From: Acidobacteriota bacterium
GTDB lineage: Bacteria; Acidobacteriota; Blastocatellia; RBC074
Length of the DNA: 64,000 bases
Assembly: GCA_016710075.1 (NCBI GenBank)
Contig: JADJLO010000035.1
Location: 2,532-66,531, forward strand
Direction: 5' to 3'
Below, piece after piece: positions 34,185 to 43,788 of the stretch. The notes under the pieces were generated by a model, which was not told the origin of the DNA, did not search any database, and was given only the letters and a program-made list of their open reading frames with translations. Position 1 is the first letter of the stretch; each line of letters opens with the position of its first letter. The translations under genes and the position numbers were made by a program.

Positions 34185-34925
34185 CTATCCCCGGAACTCC
34201 GCCAGCACCGGAACATCGTTTCTGTCGAGCAGTTCAAGCGCGGCGGCGATAACCTTGTGCTGCAATTTCGGGTGATCGGGCATGCCGAGCGGAAATCCCA
34301 TGCGAAAATTGGCGAACAAGGCGCGTGGAGGCCTGATAATTTCGGTGACCTCACGCAGCAGAGTGATCGAAACCGTGCGGATTCCCTCGCGTTCGATTGC
34401 AGCCTGAACCAGACCGACCGTCTGGATGCACATGGGTCAGACAGGCGTCAGAAAGGCCACATCGACACCGTCATCCCGCAGCATGCGCGCCACCCGGGGC
34501 GCTGTCTCTTCAATCAGCGCCCCGGGGCCGACGATTGAGCCCATGAAGCTGAAGTGACGATGGTTAAGCGCTCCTATGATTCCCTGCTGCTCGAGTTCAC
34601 GAAACCGGTCCAGAGGAAAGGCGATATTCTGATCGGCCTCCACGCCGCTGTGATCGAATGAACTGCTTCTGTGGGACTCAATCAGCGTGGCCACATCGAC
34701 CGTATTGGGTATCTCTCGGAACGACGGATCGCCTTTCTTGATCGAATGATCGAAATCTTCCTGCTCCGGCAAGCGAAAACCGGCAGTAGTCACCAGCGCA
34801 AAGCGCGAGTGGCTCAGCGGCTTTTTCAAAGGCGCACAAGGCACGGGATCGATCGTATACCGGGAAAACGGATAGCCTTTCATGAAAAGCCTGACATACA
34901 ATGCCAGATCTGAATAAGTTGCCAT
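34185..34925 (-). CDS. PrdB/GrdB-family (glycine/betaine/D-proline reductase selenoprotein B-like) selenoprotein; in-frame UGA (34437-34439) read as Sec in T-P-V-U-P-M-C
   Basis: ORFs 34437-34925 and 34185-34433 are in the same frame separated only by TGA-CCC; joined protein ~245 aa: ...FALVTTAGFRLP...SFREIP...FPLDRFRELEQQGIIGAL...HFSFMGSIVGPGALIEETAPRVARMLRDDGVDVAFLTPV-U-PMCIQTVGLVQAAIEREGIRTVSITLL...; matches my recollection of the PrdB layout (ALVTAAG...SFRVIP...FPIDRL...FMGG...GVDAVLLTAG-U-GTC...AIEEAGIPTI), recalled from memory and not checked. Confidence 0.7.
34404..34428 (-). promoter_or_regulatory. Candidate bacterial SECIS hairpin
   Basis: mRNA: UGA CCCAUGUGCAU CCAGAC-GGUCG-GUCUGG; 6-bp stem starts 11 nt after UGA, apical loop contains G and U, spacing like fdhF SECIS. 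Confidence 0.5.
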
Positions 34926-34952
34926 TGTTTTATTTTACAGCGTTTTCATCGG

Positions 34953-36455
34953 GTGTGCAGGCGAGGAGGGGGTACGAGCTCTAATTCTTTCATGATAATC
35001 TTTGACGGATTTATGAGGATCAACCTTAAGTTCATCATTACTTTATTGCTGATTCTGGTTTCGGCCATCGCCGCTCCCGGAACGCATGGCTTGGTGAATG
35101 GGCAGAATCCGGCCCAGCCTGCCGCGGCGCCACTTATTGACGCTTACGACCCGGCACACATCAACGGACTCGTATTCATCACTGGAAATCAAGGCAAGGC
35201 CAATATATTCGGAATTCGAATTCTGGTCTATCGTCAGGGAGAGCAGATCGACGACTCCCCGGTATCTTTTAATTTCGGGCCGCATTCTCCGAACGGGTCT
35301 TATGCCGCCGTCAACTGGGTGACCAGGCTGGATGAAAAGACCCCGGTAAATTTCCGCTGGAGCCGCTCGAGTCAGAATGGGGTGATCGGGCAGGTGACCG
35401 CGTCTTCAAACGTCAGAATAGCGATTGAGCTTTACAGGCCGTGGATCGACACTGGTGGAGTGCAGCAACAGGCCATCTTTCAACCTCAGCCGGATCGAAG
35501 GACAATTCTCGGTGAGCAGGTTCAGAACCGAATGACCTCTCCGGCCAACAAGCGGTTTCTGTTTAAATCGGATCGCGATTCGGCCGGAAACGCCGGTTAT
35601 GAAGACGCCACGGCTATGCGGGAGATGCTTGTTAAAGATGGACAGGCGCAGCAAATAACCACTGCAGACGGATCCGGCTTATTTCTTCATGCCTTGCTGA
35701 GCTTCGATTTGAGCACGAATTCGACCATCGGTTTTGTGGCCATGGTCGGAGATAGCTTCGACGAGATGGAGCGGGAGGCGATCAAATCGCTTCAACAACC
35801 CGTCAACGATCAGCTCGATCGGGCGGATAAAAACTATCAAACAACGCGAACCGCCGGCAGCGGGGCCTCCGGCGACGGATTCGAGGCGTTAAACCGCATC
35901 GTCTGCTGGAATCGATTTTATGACCCCGTGAACAGGTCCGAGTACCTGTCGCCGCATCGAACCCCGGGAAGATCATTAAACAGCGTCGATAAGATTTCCG
36001 GGAGCACAGTCCTCGGATGGGAGTCGTTCCTGTTTGCGGCAATGGGAGCGATGATCGATCCGGAAACTTCCGTATCGACCGCCCGCCGAATTCTTGAAGG
36101 CCAGATGAGCGACGGACGTGTCCCGCTGCGCATATCTGCCGGAAGCAGGTCGCGCGGCGAACCGGAAGTTTTAGCCGGACGTTCGATGCCTCCGATTGGC
36201 GCACTTGGCGTGTGGAAAATATATCTTGTTACCGGCGATATCAGCCTGCTGGCAAATGCCTTTCCACGGCTGCTTAAATGGAATGACTGGTGGCTGGCCA
36301 ATCGCGGGGACGGACAGGCATGGAGAGACGGCAATTCTGACGGGCTGCTTGAATTGGGCTACGATCAGGAACTTGAACTCGGCTCGCTTATGCGCGCGCA
36401 GCGTACCCGCACCAGTGCAGCTCAAACAGGCATTTTCGGAATCAGGGCTCGCTGA
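34953..36455 (+). CDS. GH63-like (alpha/alpha)6-barrel glycoside hydrolase (MGH1/YgjK-like), N-terminal part; signal peptide; frameshift ~36350-36420
   Basis: MRINLKFIITLLLILVSAIAAPG signal peptide; N-terminal beta-sandwich region. Confidence 0.55.
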   Translation: MCRRGGGTSSNSFMIIFDGFMRINLKFIITLLLILVSAIAAPGTHGLVNGQNPAQPAAAPLIDAYDPAHINGLVFITGNQGKANIFGIRILVYRQGEQIDDSPVSFNFGPHSPNGSYAAVNWVTRLDEKTPVNFRWSRSSQNGVIGQVTASSNVRIAIELYRPWIDTGGVQQQAIFQPQPDRRTILGEQVQNRMTSPANKRFLFKSDRDSAGNAGYEDATAMREMLVKDGQAQQITTADGSGLFLHALLSFDLSTNSTIGFVAMVGDSFDEMEREAIKSLQQPVNDQLDRADKNYQTTRTAGSGASGDGFEALNRIVCWNRFYDPVNRSEYLSPHRTPGRSLNSVDKISGSTVLGWESFLFAAMGAMIDPETSVSTARRILEGQMSDGRVPLRISAGSRSRGEPEVLAGRSMPPIGALGVWKIYLVTGDISLLANAFPRLLKWNDWWLANRGDGQAWRDGNSDGLLELGYDQELELGSLMRAQRTRTSAAQTGIFGIRAR

Positions 36456-37500
36456 CCGCCCGCAGTGGACCAGCGAAAATGGGGTCAGACTCAACGAGAA
36501 GACCCACACGGCCGAGTTCACTCCGGTTGGGCTCAATGCCCTTTACGCGCTCGATACCGAAATGCTGCTGCAGATCGCCCGCGAACTCGGCCTTACAGAA
36601 GATGCTGAAAAGCTCCGCGCCCGATACTCGTCGCTCAAGACAAAGATCAATGCCGATCTATGGAGCGAGGAGGACGGTCTCTATCTCAACAAGGACTGGG
36701 ATGGAAAATTCTCTCGCCGAATCTCGCCTGAAAATTTCTATCCATTGATTGCCGGGTTGCCGGATGAAGGCCGGGCAAAACGCATGATGGAAACTCTGCG
36801 CCGGGCCGACAAACTCTGGGGTGAAACCATTATCCCAACCATCTCCCGCGATGATGCAGCATTCTCGGCACAGACTGTGGGTCGTGGCGCAATCTGGTCT
36901 TTGATGAACTACCTTTTATATCAGGGCCTGAGGCGGTATGCCTTCAACGATCAGGCAGGCGAACTCGCCGCGAAAAGCAACCTGCTGTTTCGGACCCAAT
37001 GGGAAAAGACCGGCAGAGCGTATGATCACTTCTCGAGCGACGACGGCAAGCCGGTCGATCCCGAACAGCCATCTATGCACCAGTCCATTCCCGGCCTGAT
37101 GCTGTGGCCTGCGATCGAGGAGATCATCTATGCCGATCCCTGGGCAGGTTTTTCAGTTGGGAGCGTCAAGGCAGCCAATGAGTCGCGGCTTGACCGGATC
37201 AGATTCGGCGGCTTCATCAACGATATCATCTCGGGCCCCAAACGGACCGTCATCCGCAGATCGGGCAAAACCGAAGTCGAATGCGAAGGCCCCGTCAGGC
37301 TGAGATCATTTCGCAGCACCGAGGCTGTTACGGCTTTTGCAATTGAATCGGGCGCGCAGGTCCGCGTTCTGATTCCGGCAATCGAGGGAAGAAAGATCAC
37401 CGTCTCTGTCGATGACATAATCATCGGCAGCACCGCCCCGGGGGCTCCAGCCAGCTTTAAAGTCCCCGCAGGTCAACACAGAGTCTTCATCGTAAAATGA
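36196..37500 (+). CDS. GH63-like glycoside hydrolase, C-terminal catalytic (alpha/alpha)6 part
   Basis: ...GLNALYALDTEMLLQIARELGLTEDAEKLRARYSSLKTKINADLWSEEDGLYLNKDWDG...TVGRGAIWSLMNYLLYQGLRRY...; last 55 codons duplicated at 52955-53090. Confidence 0.6.
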   Translation: MAHLACGKYILLPAISACWQMPFHGCLNGMTGGWPIAGTDRHGETAILTGCLNWATIRNLNSARLCARSVPAPVQLKQAFSESGLADRPQWTSENGVRLNEKTHTAEFTPVGLNALYALDTEMLLQIARELGLTEDAEKLRARYSSLKTKINADLWSEEDGLYLNKDWDGKFSRRISPENFYPLIAGLPDEGRAKRMMETLRRADKLWGETIIPTISRDDAAFSAQTVGRGAIWSLMNYLLYQGLRRYAFNDQAGELAAKSNLLFRTQWEKTGRAYDHFSSDDGKPVDPEQPSMHQSIPGLMLWPAIEEIIYADPWAGFSVGSVKAANESRLDRIRFGGFINDIISGPKRTVIRRSGKTEVECEGPVRLRSFRSTEAVTAFAIESGAQVRVLIPAIEGRKITVSVDDIIIGSTAPGAPASFKVPAGQHRVFIVK

Positions 37501-37755
37501 AGGGGAAGAATGGAGAATGGAGAATGAAGAATGGAAGACTGAGTGGGAATCTGCAAGACCTCAACAGATATTCCCCATTCTGCATTCTGCATTCTTCATT
37601 CTTCATTCTTCAACATCTCGGCGGGAAGACCGGGACGATGAGGGTCGCAGCCTGAGTCAGCGTCAGCTGATTCAGGTTGTGGCTCTGGCTGAAAGCTCCC
37701 GACTGAGCATTCGAGTTCTCGTTGAGGTTGATGATCGCCCACAGGTTATGCCTCG
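37337..37755. repeat. ~420-bp direct repeat, copy 1 (3' end of GH63 gene + heptamer hairpin + 3' end of a convergent ORF)
   Basis: ~90% identical to 52955-53340; begins at tttgcaattgaatc, ends gttgaggttgatga(t/c)cgccc. Confidence 0.8.
37505..37610. repeat. Heptamer-repeat hairpin (GAATGGA/GAATGAA)n ... (CATTCTG/CATTCTT)n between convergent genes
   Basis: gaatggagaatggagaatgaagaatggaaga...ccccattctgcattctgcattcttcattcttcattcttc; likely bidirectional terminator. Confidence 0.6.
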
Positions 37756-38209
37756 CTCTCGTCAACTGGTCGTTAGCCCTCGCGTGGCAGATACGCATAC
37801 GCTGCTGCGCCGACAATGAGACAGGCGAGGGCCACAATGTCAGCGGCGTACACACGACCAACCTGTGCGTTGTAGCTACCGATCGACCAAGCCAGATAGA
37901 GGATGACAGCTCGCTGACGAAGCCTGCGACAAACGAAGCCAGTTGGTAGCCGGGCCGAAAGGCGGCATACAGCAGAAATGCGCCAAGGAGACCGAACAGA
38001 ACCGCTCGATGGCGCATTAGGATTGCCAGGTTCGGGTCATCGAACGAGAGGCCATAGGGCACGCTCAACCGTGCACCTCCAGGCACGCTGAGCATTGCCG
38101 GCGCAAGGAATGCTTGAATTATAAGGCTTTTCTGCGCCGGCATTGCGAGGGAAGCGAAACTGGCGGTATGTTTTTTCGCCGCCAGTTGAGCCGTTCCCTG
38201 CAAGCGCAT
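37610..38209 (-). CDS. Hypothetical protein; C-terminal 45 aa is a paralogous copy of the C-terminus of the giant surface protein (53206-53340)
   Basis: ...[40 protein letters not shown] vs ...[40 protein letters not shown]; upstream part hydrophobic, uncertain. Confidence 0.3.
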   Translation of the reverse strand: MRLQGTAQLAAKKHTASFASLAMPAQKSLIIQAFLAPAMLSVPGGARLSVPYGLSFDDPNLAILMRHRAVLFGLLGAFLLYAAFRPGYQLASFVAGFVSELSSSIWLGRSVATTHRLVVCTPLTLWPSPVSLSAQQRMRICHARANDQLTRARHNLWAIINLNENSNAQSGAFSQSHNLNQLTLTQAATLIVPVFPPRC

Positions 38210-38374
38210 GTTGGATCCTTTTTGGGAATCAATTAGTCAATAATAGCTCACAACTTTTCTGGCCAAATAACTTTGAACTTTTTGGAGCATTTCCAGTAAC
38301 TATGTTTCCATCTACTATCACACCCGGGCCAGTATATTTTGCGCCCTTGCTGCTGACGCTGGTGCCGACGAAGC

Positions 38375-41300
38375 CTATTTCACCTCGACTTTGCGCGCCG
38401 TTCCTTCCTTGAGGTTCAAATCGAGATACCGGTCGGCGGCAACGTTCGCGACCTTCACCTTTCTGCCACCAGGCAGCCGCACTTCGAGATTCACGCGGCC
38501 GATTTTCCCCAGCCCAAAGTGCGCTTCGAGGGCGCTGCTCGATTTGTAACCCTGGTTCGAATAGATGCCGCGCATGCCCAGCAGCCGGTTTGTCCCGGGT
38601 TCGCGCACTTCGACGCTCGCGCCGAGGAGTTGCGCATCGCTGACACCGGAGAATCGCACTCGCAACCAGTGATTTTCGCGCGCACCGCGAGTGCCAGCGT
38701 TCATAAAGACCATGCTTTCGTAGCGGTGCGGGTCGCTGGCAACCCCCGTGTTGTCCGGGTCGGCGGCAATAATCAAATCGAGCAGGCCGTCGTTATTGAG
38801 GTCGGCCGCCGCGCCGCAGATGCCCGTGCCGTTGAGTCCGGAGATGGTGGTCGGCTGCGGCTCGAATGTCCCATCGCCGCGATTCAGAAACAGGAACGAG
38901 CGTGTTTCAATCGCCGGCGACTCCAGCCGGTCAAAGACGACGATGTCGAGCCAGCCATCGTTGTTGAAGTCGGCAAAAACGGCATCGGAATACAAGGCCC
39001 GATTGTCGAACGGGTTCTTCGGCGTCAATCCGGGCTGCGAGCGAATCTTCCGCGCCGCAGGGTTGAAGGCCTTTATGGCGTCGCTGGGTGCGGCATCGAA
39101 GAAAGCAAACCACTCACGGTAGCTCTGATTGAGTCGCGCCAGTCCGGACTTTGCGGTGGCTTCCTCGAAACGAAAGCCGCCGCGGTTATACCAGAACCGC
39201 GCGCCCACATCCTCTGTCGCGGGCCGATTGAATGGATCGCCACCGCCCACGGCTAGCGCGTCGAGCAACCCATCGTTGTTGACGTCGCCGAAAAAAAGAT
39301 ACGGCAGGCCCGGCGCCCGCGCTTCGGTCATCGGCACGAGCCGCTCCACATTGCGATCGTAGCGCAGCCGGGCCTCACAGGCGAACCCGTTGTCCGTGAC
39401 TTTCTCGAACTGAAACCGGCCCGACTCGGCGAGAAGATTTCGCCAGTTGAAAATGCCATGCCGATACTCCGCCGGCGAGAAAGGCAGCGTCGGCGGCTGC
39501 GCGGCGATGAGCAGCACGTGTGTGCTTTGAATCAGGTCCAGGTCGCCGTCATTGTCGATGTCACGCAGCGCGAGATTGGGCCCTGCTTTGTCCCGCGCGC
39601 TGTCGTGGTAAAAGCCGCCGAAGTCCGGGATGAGGTCCGTGCCGCCGATGTCTGTAAACCTCCCGCCCGCGAACTTTCCATCCTTCGGCTGGAAGACGAG
39701 CAGCGCCGATTTCGGCAGTCCCTCGAAGGCATTCACGATATTGTCTGCCCCGAGTGCGATGTCGATGAAGCCGTCGCGATTCACATCGCCCAGGCTCACC
39801 TGACGGTTGTAGGCCATTTCATTGAGCGCGCCGTATTCGACGGAGACATCGCGGAACCGGTCGAGACGACCGTCGCTCAGAAAAAGGCTGCAGCCAACAG
39901 GCTTGAAACCCTCGCGAATCTTTCCGTTGCTCATCGGCGCTTGCCGCGTGATGAATATATCGAGCAACCCGTCACCGTTGAAATCGGCCAGCGCCGGCAC
40001 CTGCCCGCCGCGCCATCCCTGACTGAGGTCATCCGGGGTGGCCGCCGATCCAGTGAGCGTCACGGCCTGCGCCTGGAGACGAAATCCGCCGAAGTTCAGC
40101 AGCAGCCGCAGCTTGTCCTTGGGATTGCGGGTGCGTTTGACACCGCCGGTCTCATCGGCCCACGTCGCGTCGAGGGCGAAGGGTTCCGTGGTAACGGTCA
40201 GAATGTCGAGGTAGCCGTTCTTATCAAAATCGCCGAGTGCAAACCCGTTCAGCCCTTCGCGAAAATCCGTAAAGCCCGGAACATGAATCGCCTCGAACAT
40301 CTGCCCGGTGCCCGCCGCGTCGCGAGTGGCGTCGCTATCCGGGAGCGCCTTCAATTTGCCCGGCGCGTTGTCCGATGCTGGCTTCGAAGCAGGTGGCTGG
40401 TTCTGCGGCACTGACGGCTTCGTCACGGCGGAAGGCTTCATCGGGTGCTTTTGGAAAAACTCCCACATCAGATCGTTGGCCAAGATGTCCTTGGTGGACT
40501 TGCCCAGCCAGGCAGGCGGCTCCATCCCGGGCCAGGTGTGACCGCCGCCTTCGATTTCGATCAGCACGACCTCCGTGCCGTCCTTGCCACCGCCCCACGT
40601 CTTGCGCGTGACGCGCATACCGTCGTCGGCCTTGTCCGGCAACGCAACAATCTCCGGCTTGTCATTGCAGCCGTTCGCCTTGACCCAGTTCTGAATGGAG
40701 TGGTCCACCGATTTGAAGTCGGTCACGCCCTTGGCACCTGCCGCTCCTTTGCCGAAGCCACCATTGAACGGCGCGAACTCATCCGCTGTACCGTGAAAGT
40801 GCATAACGGAAACAGCGCGCCGCGGGCGGCAGGCATCCATCATCAACGGGCCGCCAACCGGCGCGATGGCGGCGATACGATCGGACAACTCTGACGCGAG
40901 GTAATACGCCATGATGCCGCCATTGGAGAGGCCTGTGGCGAAGACGCGGTTGGTGTCCACGTTCGCGACCTTCGCCAAATCGTCCAGCAACGCGCGGGTG
41001 AAGCCGACATCGTCGATCTTGTTCTGCATGGCATAGGCGCAGCAACCACCGCCGTTAAAGGTCAACCTGTTGTTGTCCAGCGCACCCGTGCCAAAGGGAT
41101 ACACAACAATGAACCCGGCCTCTTCCGACTTTGTATTCATACCCGAGAGACGCACCATGCTCTCGGGATTGCCACCACCTCCGTGGAACACCAGGATGAC
41201 AGGCGTGGGACGATCGGCAGCGTATTTCTTCGGCACATGCACCAGGTAGCGGCGCTGTAAACTGCCAACGGTAACCGTTCGTGTGTGCTCGCCCGGTTCC

Positions 41301-41422
41301 AATATTCCCTGGCCGCTGCGATCGAGGCCGCTGCCGGCCGGCCGCGCCACTTCCTCCGCCATGAGTGTCACGCCGGTGAGAATGACTAACAAGCTGATGA
41401 TGGTGGTGATGGTTGTTTTCAT
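38375..41422 (-). CDS. CRTAC1-family protein: N-terminal PHB-depolymerase-like esterase + FG-GAP/VCBS repeats + C-terminal ASPIC/UnbV domain
   Basis: Signal peptide MKTTITTIISLLVILTGVTLMA; LQRRYLVHVPKKYAADRPTPVILVFHGGGG...GLSNGG (esterase); many DxNxDGxxD FG-GAP repeats; C-terminal HWLRVRFSG... Confidence 0.75.
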   Translation of the reverse strand: MKTTITTIISLLVILTGVTLMAEEVARPAGSGLDRSGQGILEPGEHTRTVTVGSLQRRYLVHVPKKYAADRPTPVILVFHGGGGNPESMVRLSGMNTKSEEAGFIVVYPFGTGALDNNRLTFNGGGCCAYAMQNKIDDVGFTRALLDDLAKVANVDTNRVFATGLSNGGIMAYYLASELSDRIAAIAPVGGPLMMDACRPRRAVSVMHFHGTADEFAPFNGGFGKGAAGAKGVTDFKSVDHSIQNWVKANGCNDKPEIVALPDKADDGMRVTRKTWGGGKDGTEVVLIEIEGGGHTWPGMEPPAWLGKSTKDILANDLMWEFFQKHPMKPSAVTKPSVPQNQPPASKPASDNAPGKLKALPDSDATRDAAGTGQMFEAIHVPGFTDFREGLNGFALGDFDKNGYLDILTVTTEPFALDATWADETGGVKRTRNPKDKLRLLLNFGGFRLQAQAVTLTGSAATPDDLSQGWRGGQVPALADFNGDGLLDIFITRQAPMSNGKIREGFKPVGCSLFLSDGRLDRFRDVSVEYGALNEMAYNRQVSLGDVNRDGFIDIALGADNIVNAFEGLPKSALLVFQPKDGKFAGGRFTDIGGTDLIPDFGGFYHDSARDKAGPNLALRDIDNDGDLDLIQSTHVLLIAAQPPTLPFSPAEYRHGIFNWRNLLAESGRFQFEKVTDNGFACEARLRYDRNVERLVPMTEARAPGLPYLFFGDVNNDGLLDALAVGGGDPFNRPATEDVGARFWYNRGGFRFEEATAKSGLARLNQSYREWFAFFDAAPSDAIKAFNPAARKIRSQPGLTPKNPFDNRALYSDAVFADFNNDGWLDIVVFDRLESPAIETRSFLFLNRGDGTFEPQPTTISGLNGTGICGAAADLNNDGLLDLIIAADPDNTGVASDPHRYESMVFMNAGTRGARENHWLRVRFSGVSDAQLLGASVEVREPGTNRLLGMRGIYSNQGYKSSSALEAHFGLGKIGRVNLEVRLPGGRKVKVANVAADRYLDLNLKEGTARKVEVK

Positions 41423-42297
41423 TGTTTCTCCTTCAGAGCTGTCCGCGTAGAACGAATCGGTGTTGCCGTTTGCGTCCATGATAAGTCACGGAGGAATGGC
41501 GCCTGCAATACGGCATCCTCGTAAAACGGCCTCGGCGCCCAGGTACTTTTCAACGTCATGTGATTACTGCCCATGCTGTGTAGCCAGTAACCTGGCAGAT
41601 TGGCAAAACGCGCGTGGGGACTGCGGATGACTTCCAGCTTGCCGGTCTGCCGCGTCGCGCCTGTTGTGGCGGCGCCACGTAATGAAGCGGGCACGGCGGC
41701 GCGCCATCCCTCTTTCAGTGTCTTGCGCATTTCGGCCAATACCGGCGCGGCTTTCGGATCATTGACCAGATTGGTGAATTCGTGTGGATCGGTCTGATGA
41801 TCGTAAAGCTCCGCCGTCATTTCATCGCCCCACTCAGTGTAGCGGTAACGCTCCGTGCGCACACTTCGCCCCATCAGGTTACGCCGCGCGAGCGTTGTGA
41901 ACGCCGCTTTCTTCCACGCCTGTTTGGGATTGTCGAGCAACCGCGCGAAGCTCAGGCCTTCGACACCCACGGGCGCGGGCAAGCCGCAGAGTTCCGCCAG
42001 CGTCGGATAGATATCCACGAATTCCACGAGTCGTGGTGAAACAACATTCGCGCGTTTTTTCGGCGCGACAACAATCAGCGGCGCGCGGGCGCATTCTTCA
42101 AACAGTGTCAGCTTGCGCCACAGGCCGCCGTGTTCGCCCAGGTGAAAACCGTGATCGCCGATGAAAACGATGATCGTGTTGTCGCTCAGCTTCAACCGAT
42201 CCAGCGTGTCGAGCAGAATCCCGACTCCGGCATCCATCAGCGAAGTCGCCGCGTGATAGGCTGCGATGGCCTGCCGCCGTTGCGCGTCGGTCAACAC
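41419..42297 (-). CDS. Sulfatase, C-terminal part
   Basis: ...NTIIVFIGDHGFHLGEHGGLWRKLTLFEECARAPLIVVAP...; tail of ORF is out-of-frame extension overlapping the next gene. Confidence 0.75.
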   Translation of the reverse strand: MLTDAQRRQAIAAYHAATSLMDAGVGILLDTLDRLKLSDNTIIVFIGDHGFHLGEHGGLWRKLTLFEECARAPLIVVAPKKRANVVSPRLVEFVDIYPTLAELCGLPAPVGVEGLSFARLLDNPKQAWKKAAFTTLARRNLMGRSVRTERYRYTEWGDEMTAELYDHQTDPHEFTNLVNDPKAAPVLAEMRKTLKEGWRAAVPASLRGAATTGATRQTGKLEVIRSPHARFANLPGYWLHSMGSNHMTLKSTWAPRPFYEDAVLQAPFLRDLSWTQTATPIRSTRTALKEKQ

Positions 42298-42317
42298 CTC
42301 ATCGCCGGAATGATGCG

Positions 42318-43169
42318 TCAGCGCAGGCGCGGGAATGTCGGCGCGGTCATTGGCGGGTGTGGCGGGAAGCGGCGCATGGCCTGCGGATAAAGGTCAAAAT
42401 ACTTTTTCGGCGCGATCCACGGCAGGTGCGGTTTGTGAAATCCGGCGGCGATGAAAAACGGTTTGTCCTGGTTCGCTTCGAGCAATTTGGCCACGCGGCG
42501 CGCCGTATTGCCGTCGGGTTCGTCTTCGTCTTTGGTGTTGGTCGCCCGCCAGGTGAGCGGCACGCCGCCTTCATCGCCGGGCTTGAGTTGCTTGAGCAGG
42601 GCGTCGCGCGACAGCCCCGTGCGCCCGCGATAATTCATCCGCTCGGCATCCGGCGGTTTGGTGCGGTCAGCCACTTCCGACCCGTCTTCGTCGGGCACGA
42701 AATAGGCCGACGGGTCAGCGTCTTCCGATACATCCCACGAAACCAGGCTGTTGTAAGTGTCGTGCGGAATCTTGCCGATGCGCGCGGTGAAATAGCCGTG
42801 CTGTTTGAAGTATTCCGGCAACATCACTACGTCTTTCAGATTCGTGCGCGGGTCGGTGGCATTGTTGTAGATGCGCGTCGTTTCGGGGCGGCGGCCGCTC
42901 AGGAATGACGTGCGCGACGGGCTGCACAACGGATACTGGCAATAGGCGCGGTCGAATTTGACGCCGCGTTTGGCGAGCCGGTCGAGATTGGGCGATTTGG
43001 TGATCGCGTCGCCGTAGGTGCTGAGCGAAGTGTTCAGATCATCGGCGACGATGAACAGCACATTCAGCTTTTTCGTTTGTGGCTGTGCGACAGTGCGCTG
43101 AAGCGCGACACCAGCACAGAGGGCGAGGATGGAAAGAAACGCAGCGGATAATTTTAAGATCTTTTGCAA
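42318..43169 (-). CDS. Sulfatase (Cys-type, formylglycine motif), N-terminal part; frameshift ~42300-42360
   Basis: Signal peptide; LNVLFIVADDLN...CQYPLCSPSRTSFLSGRRP (C-x-P-x-R). Confidence 0.8.
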   Translation of the reverse strand: MQKILKLSAAFLSILALCAGVALQRTVAQPQTKKLNVLFIVADDLNTSLSTYGDAITKSPNLDRLAKRGVKFDRAYCQYPLCSPSRTSFLSGRRPETTRIYNNATDPRTNLKDVVMLPEYFKQHGYFTARIGKIPHDTYNSLVSWDVSEDADPSAYFVPDEDGSEVADRTKPPDAERMNYRGRTGLSRDALLKQLKPGDEGGVPLTWRATNTKDEDEPDGNTARRVAKLLEANQDKPFFIAAGFHKPHLPWIAPKKYFDLYPQAMRRFPPHPPMTAPTFPRLR

Positions 43170-43181
43170 GTTGTTCTCCTG

Positions 43182-43592
43182 CTATGTTGACCTCAGCCAA
43201 AGATGCCGAGGGGCGCAAAATCTCCTTTGAACTCGCCTGCGCCGCGCAGGCCTTGACCTTGCAGCAACGTTTCGAGGACAACCTGAAAAACAACGCCGCC
43301 CACAAACATCACCAGCAGGCGCGCGTCGCGTTTGCTCAGGGAAAAATACAACGCGATGGCCAGGCCGATGATTGCCGAATTCGGGAATATGTTTGGCGAC
43401 CGGCTCGTCGAGGTCGAATTTGCCGCGCTCCCATTGTTGCGCGACGGCGACGGCGGTGATGGCTTTGGTCGAAGAGAACCAGATCATCATCGTGTCAGTC
43501 GTCATCGGCACATCGGCTCGCGCGAGTCCCAGCGCAAAATCCGCGAGCGGTTTGCCGTGCCGCGAGACGTAAACCTGGCTGCCGATTTGCAC
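43182..43592 (-). pseudogene. Truncated class-C beta-lactamase / serine-hydrolase-like gene fragment
   Basis: N-terminal ~70 aa with S-x-x-K (FSSTKAITAVAVAQ) then junk; rest of the gene absent (sulfatase starts at 43169). Confidence 0.5.
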
Positions 43593-43788
43593 TTTATCCG
43601 CCTACAATTTCTCGAGCAGGGCGACGGTGCATGGCAACGCTTCTTTCGGCGCCGACAAGTTCGGATTGCTTTGCCGCGCTTGCGCGATGCGTGGGAACAG
43701 CGCCAGCCCCGCTGCGCCAACCGTCAAGCCCATCATCTAGCCGCGCGATAAAAACGTCGAGTGGAACTCTGTTGCTATTGGTTCTGCC

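Noticed and set aside
37610-38209. Reading the whole 199-aa ORF as a functional membrane protein
   Set aside because: Only the last ~45 codons are supported (paralogous to the giant gene terminus and part of the 420-bp repeat). The upstream part may be remnant or non-coding. Kept at low confidence.
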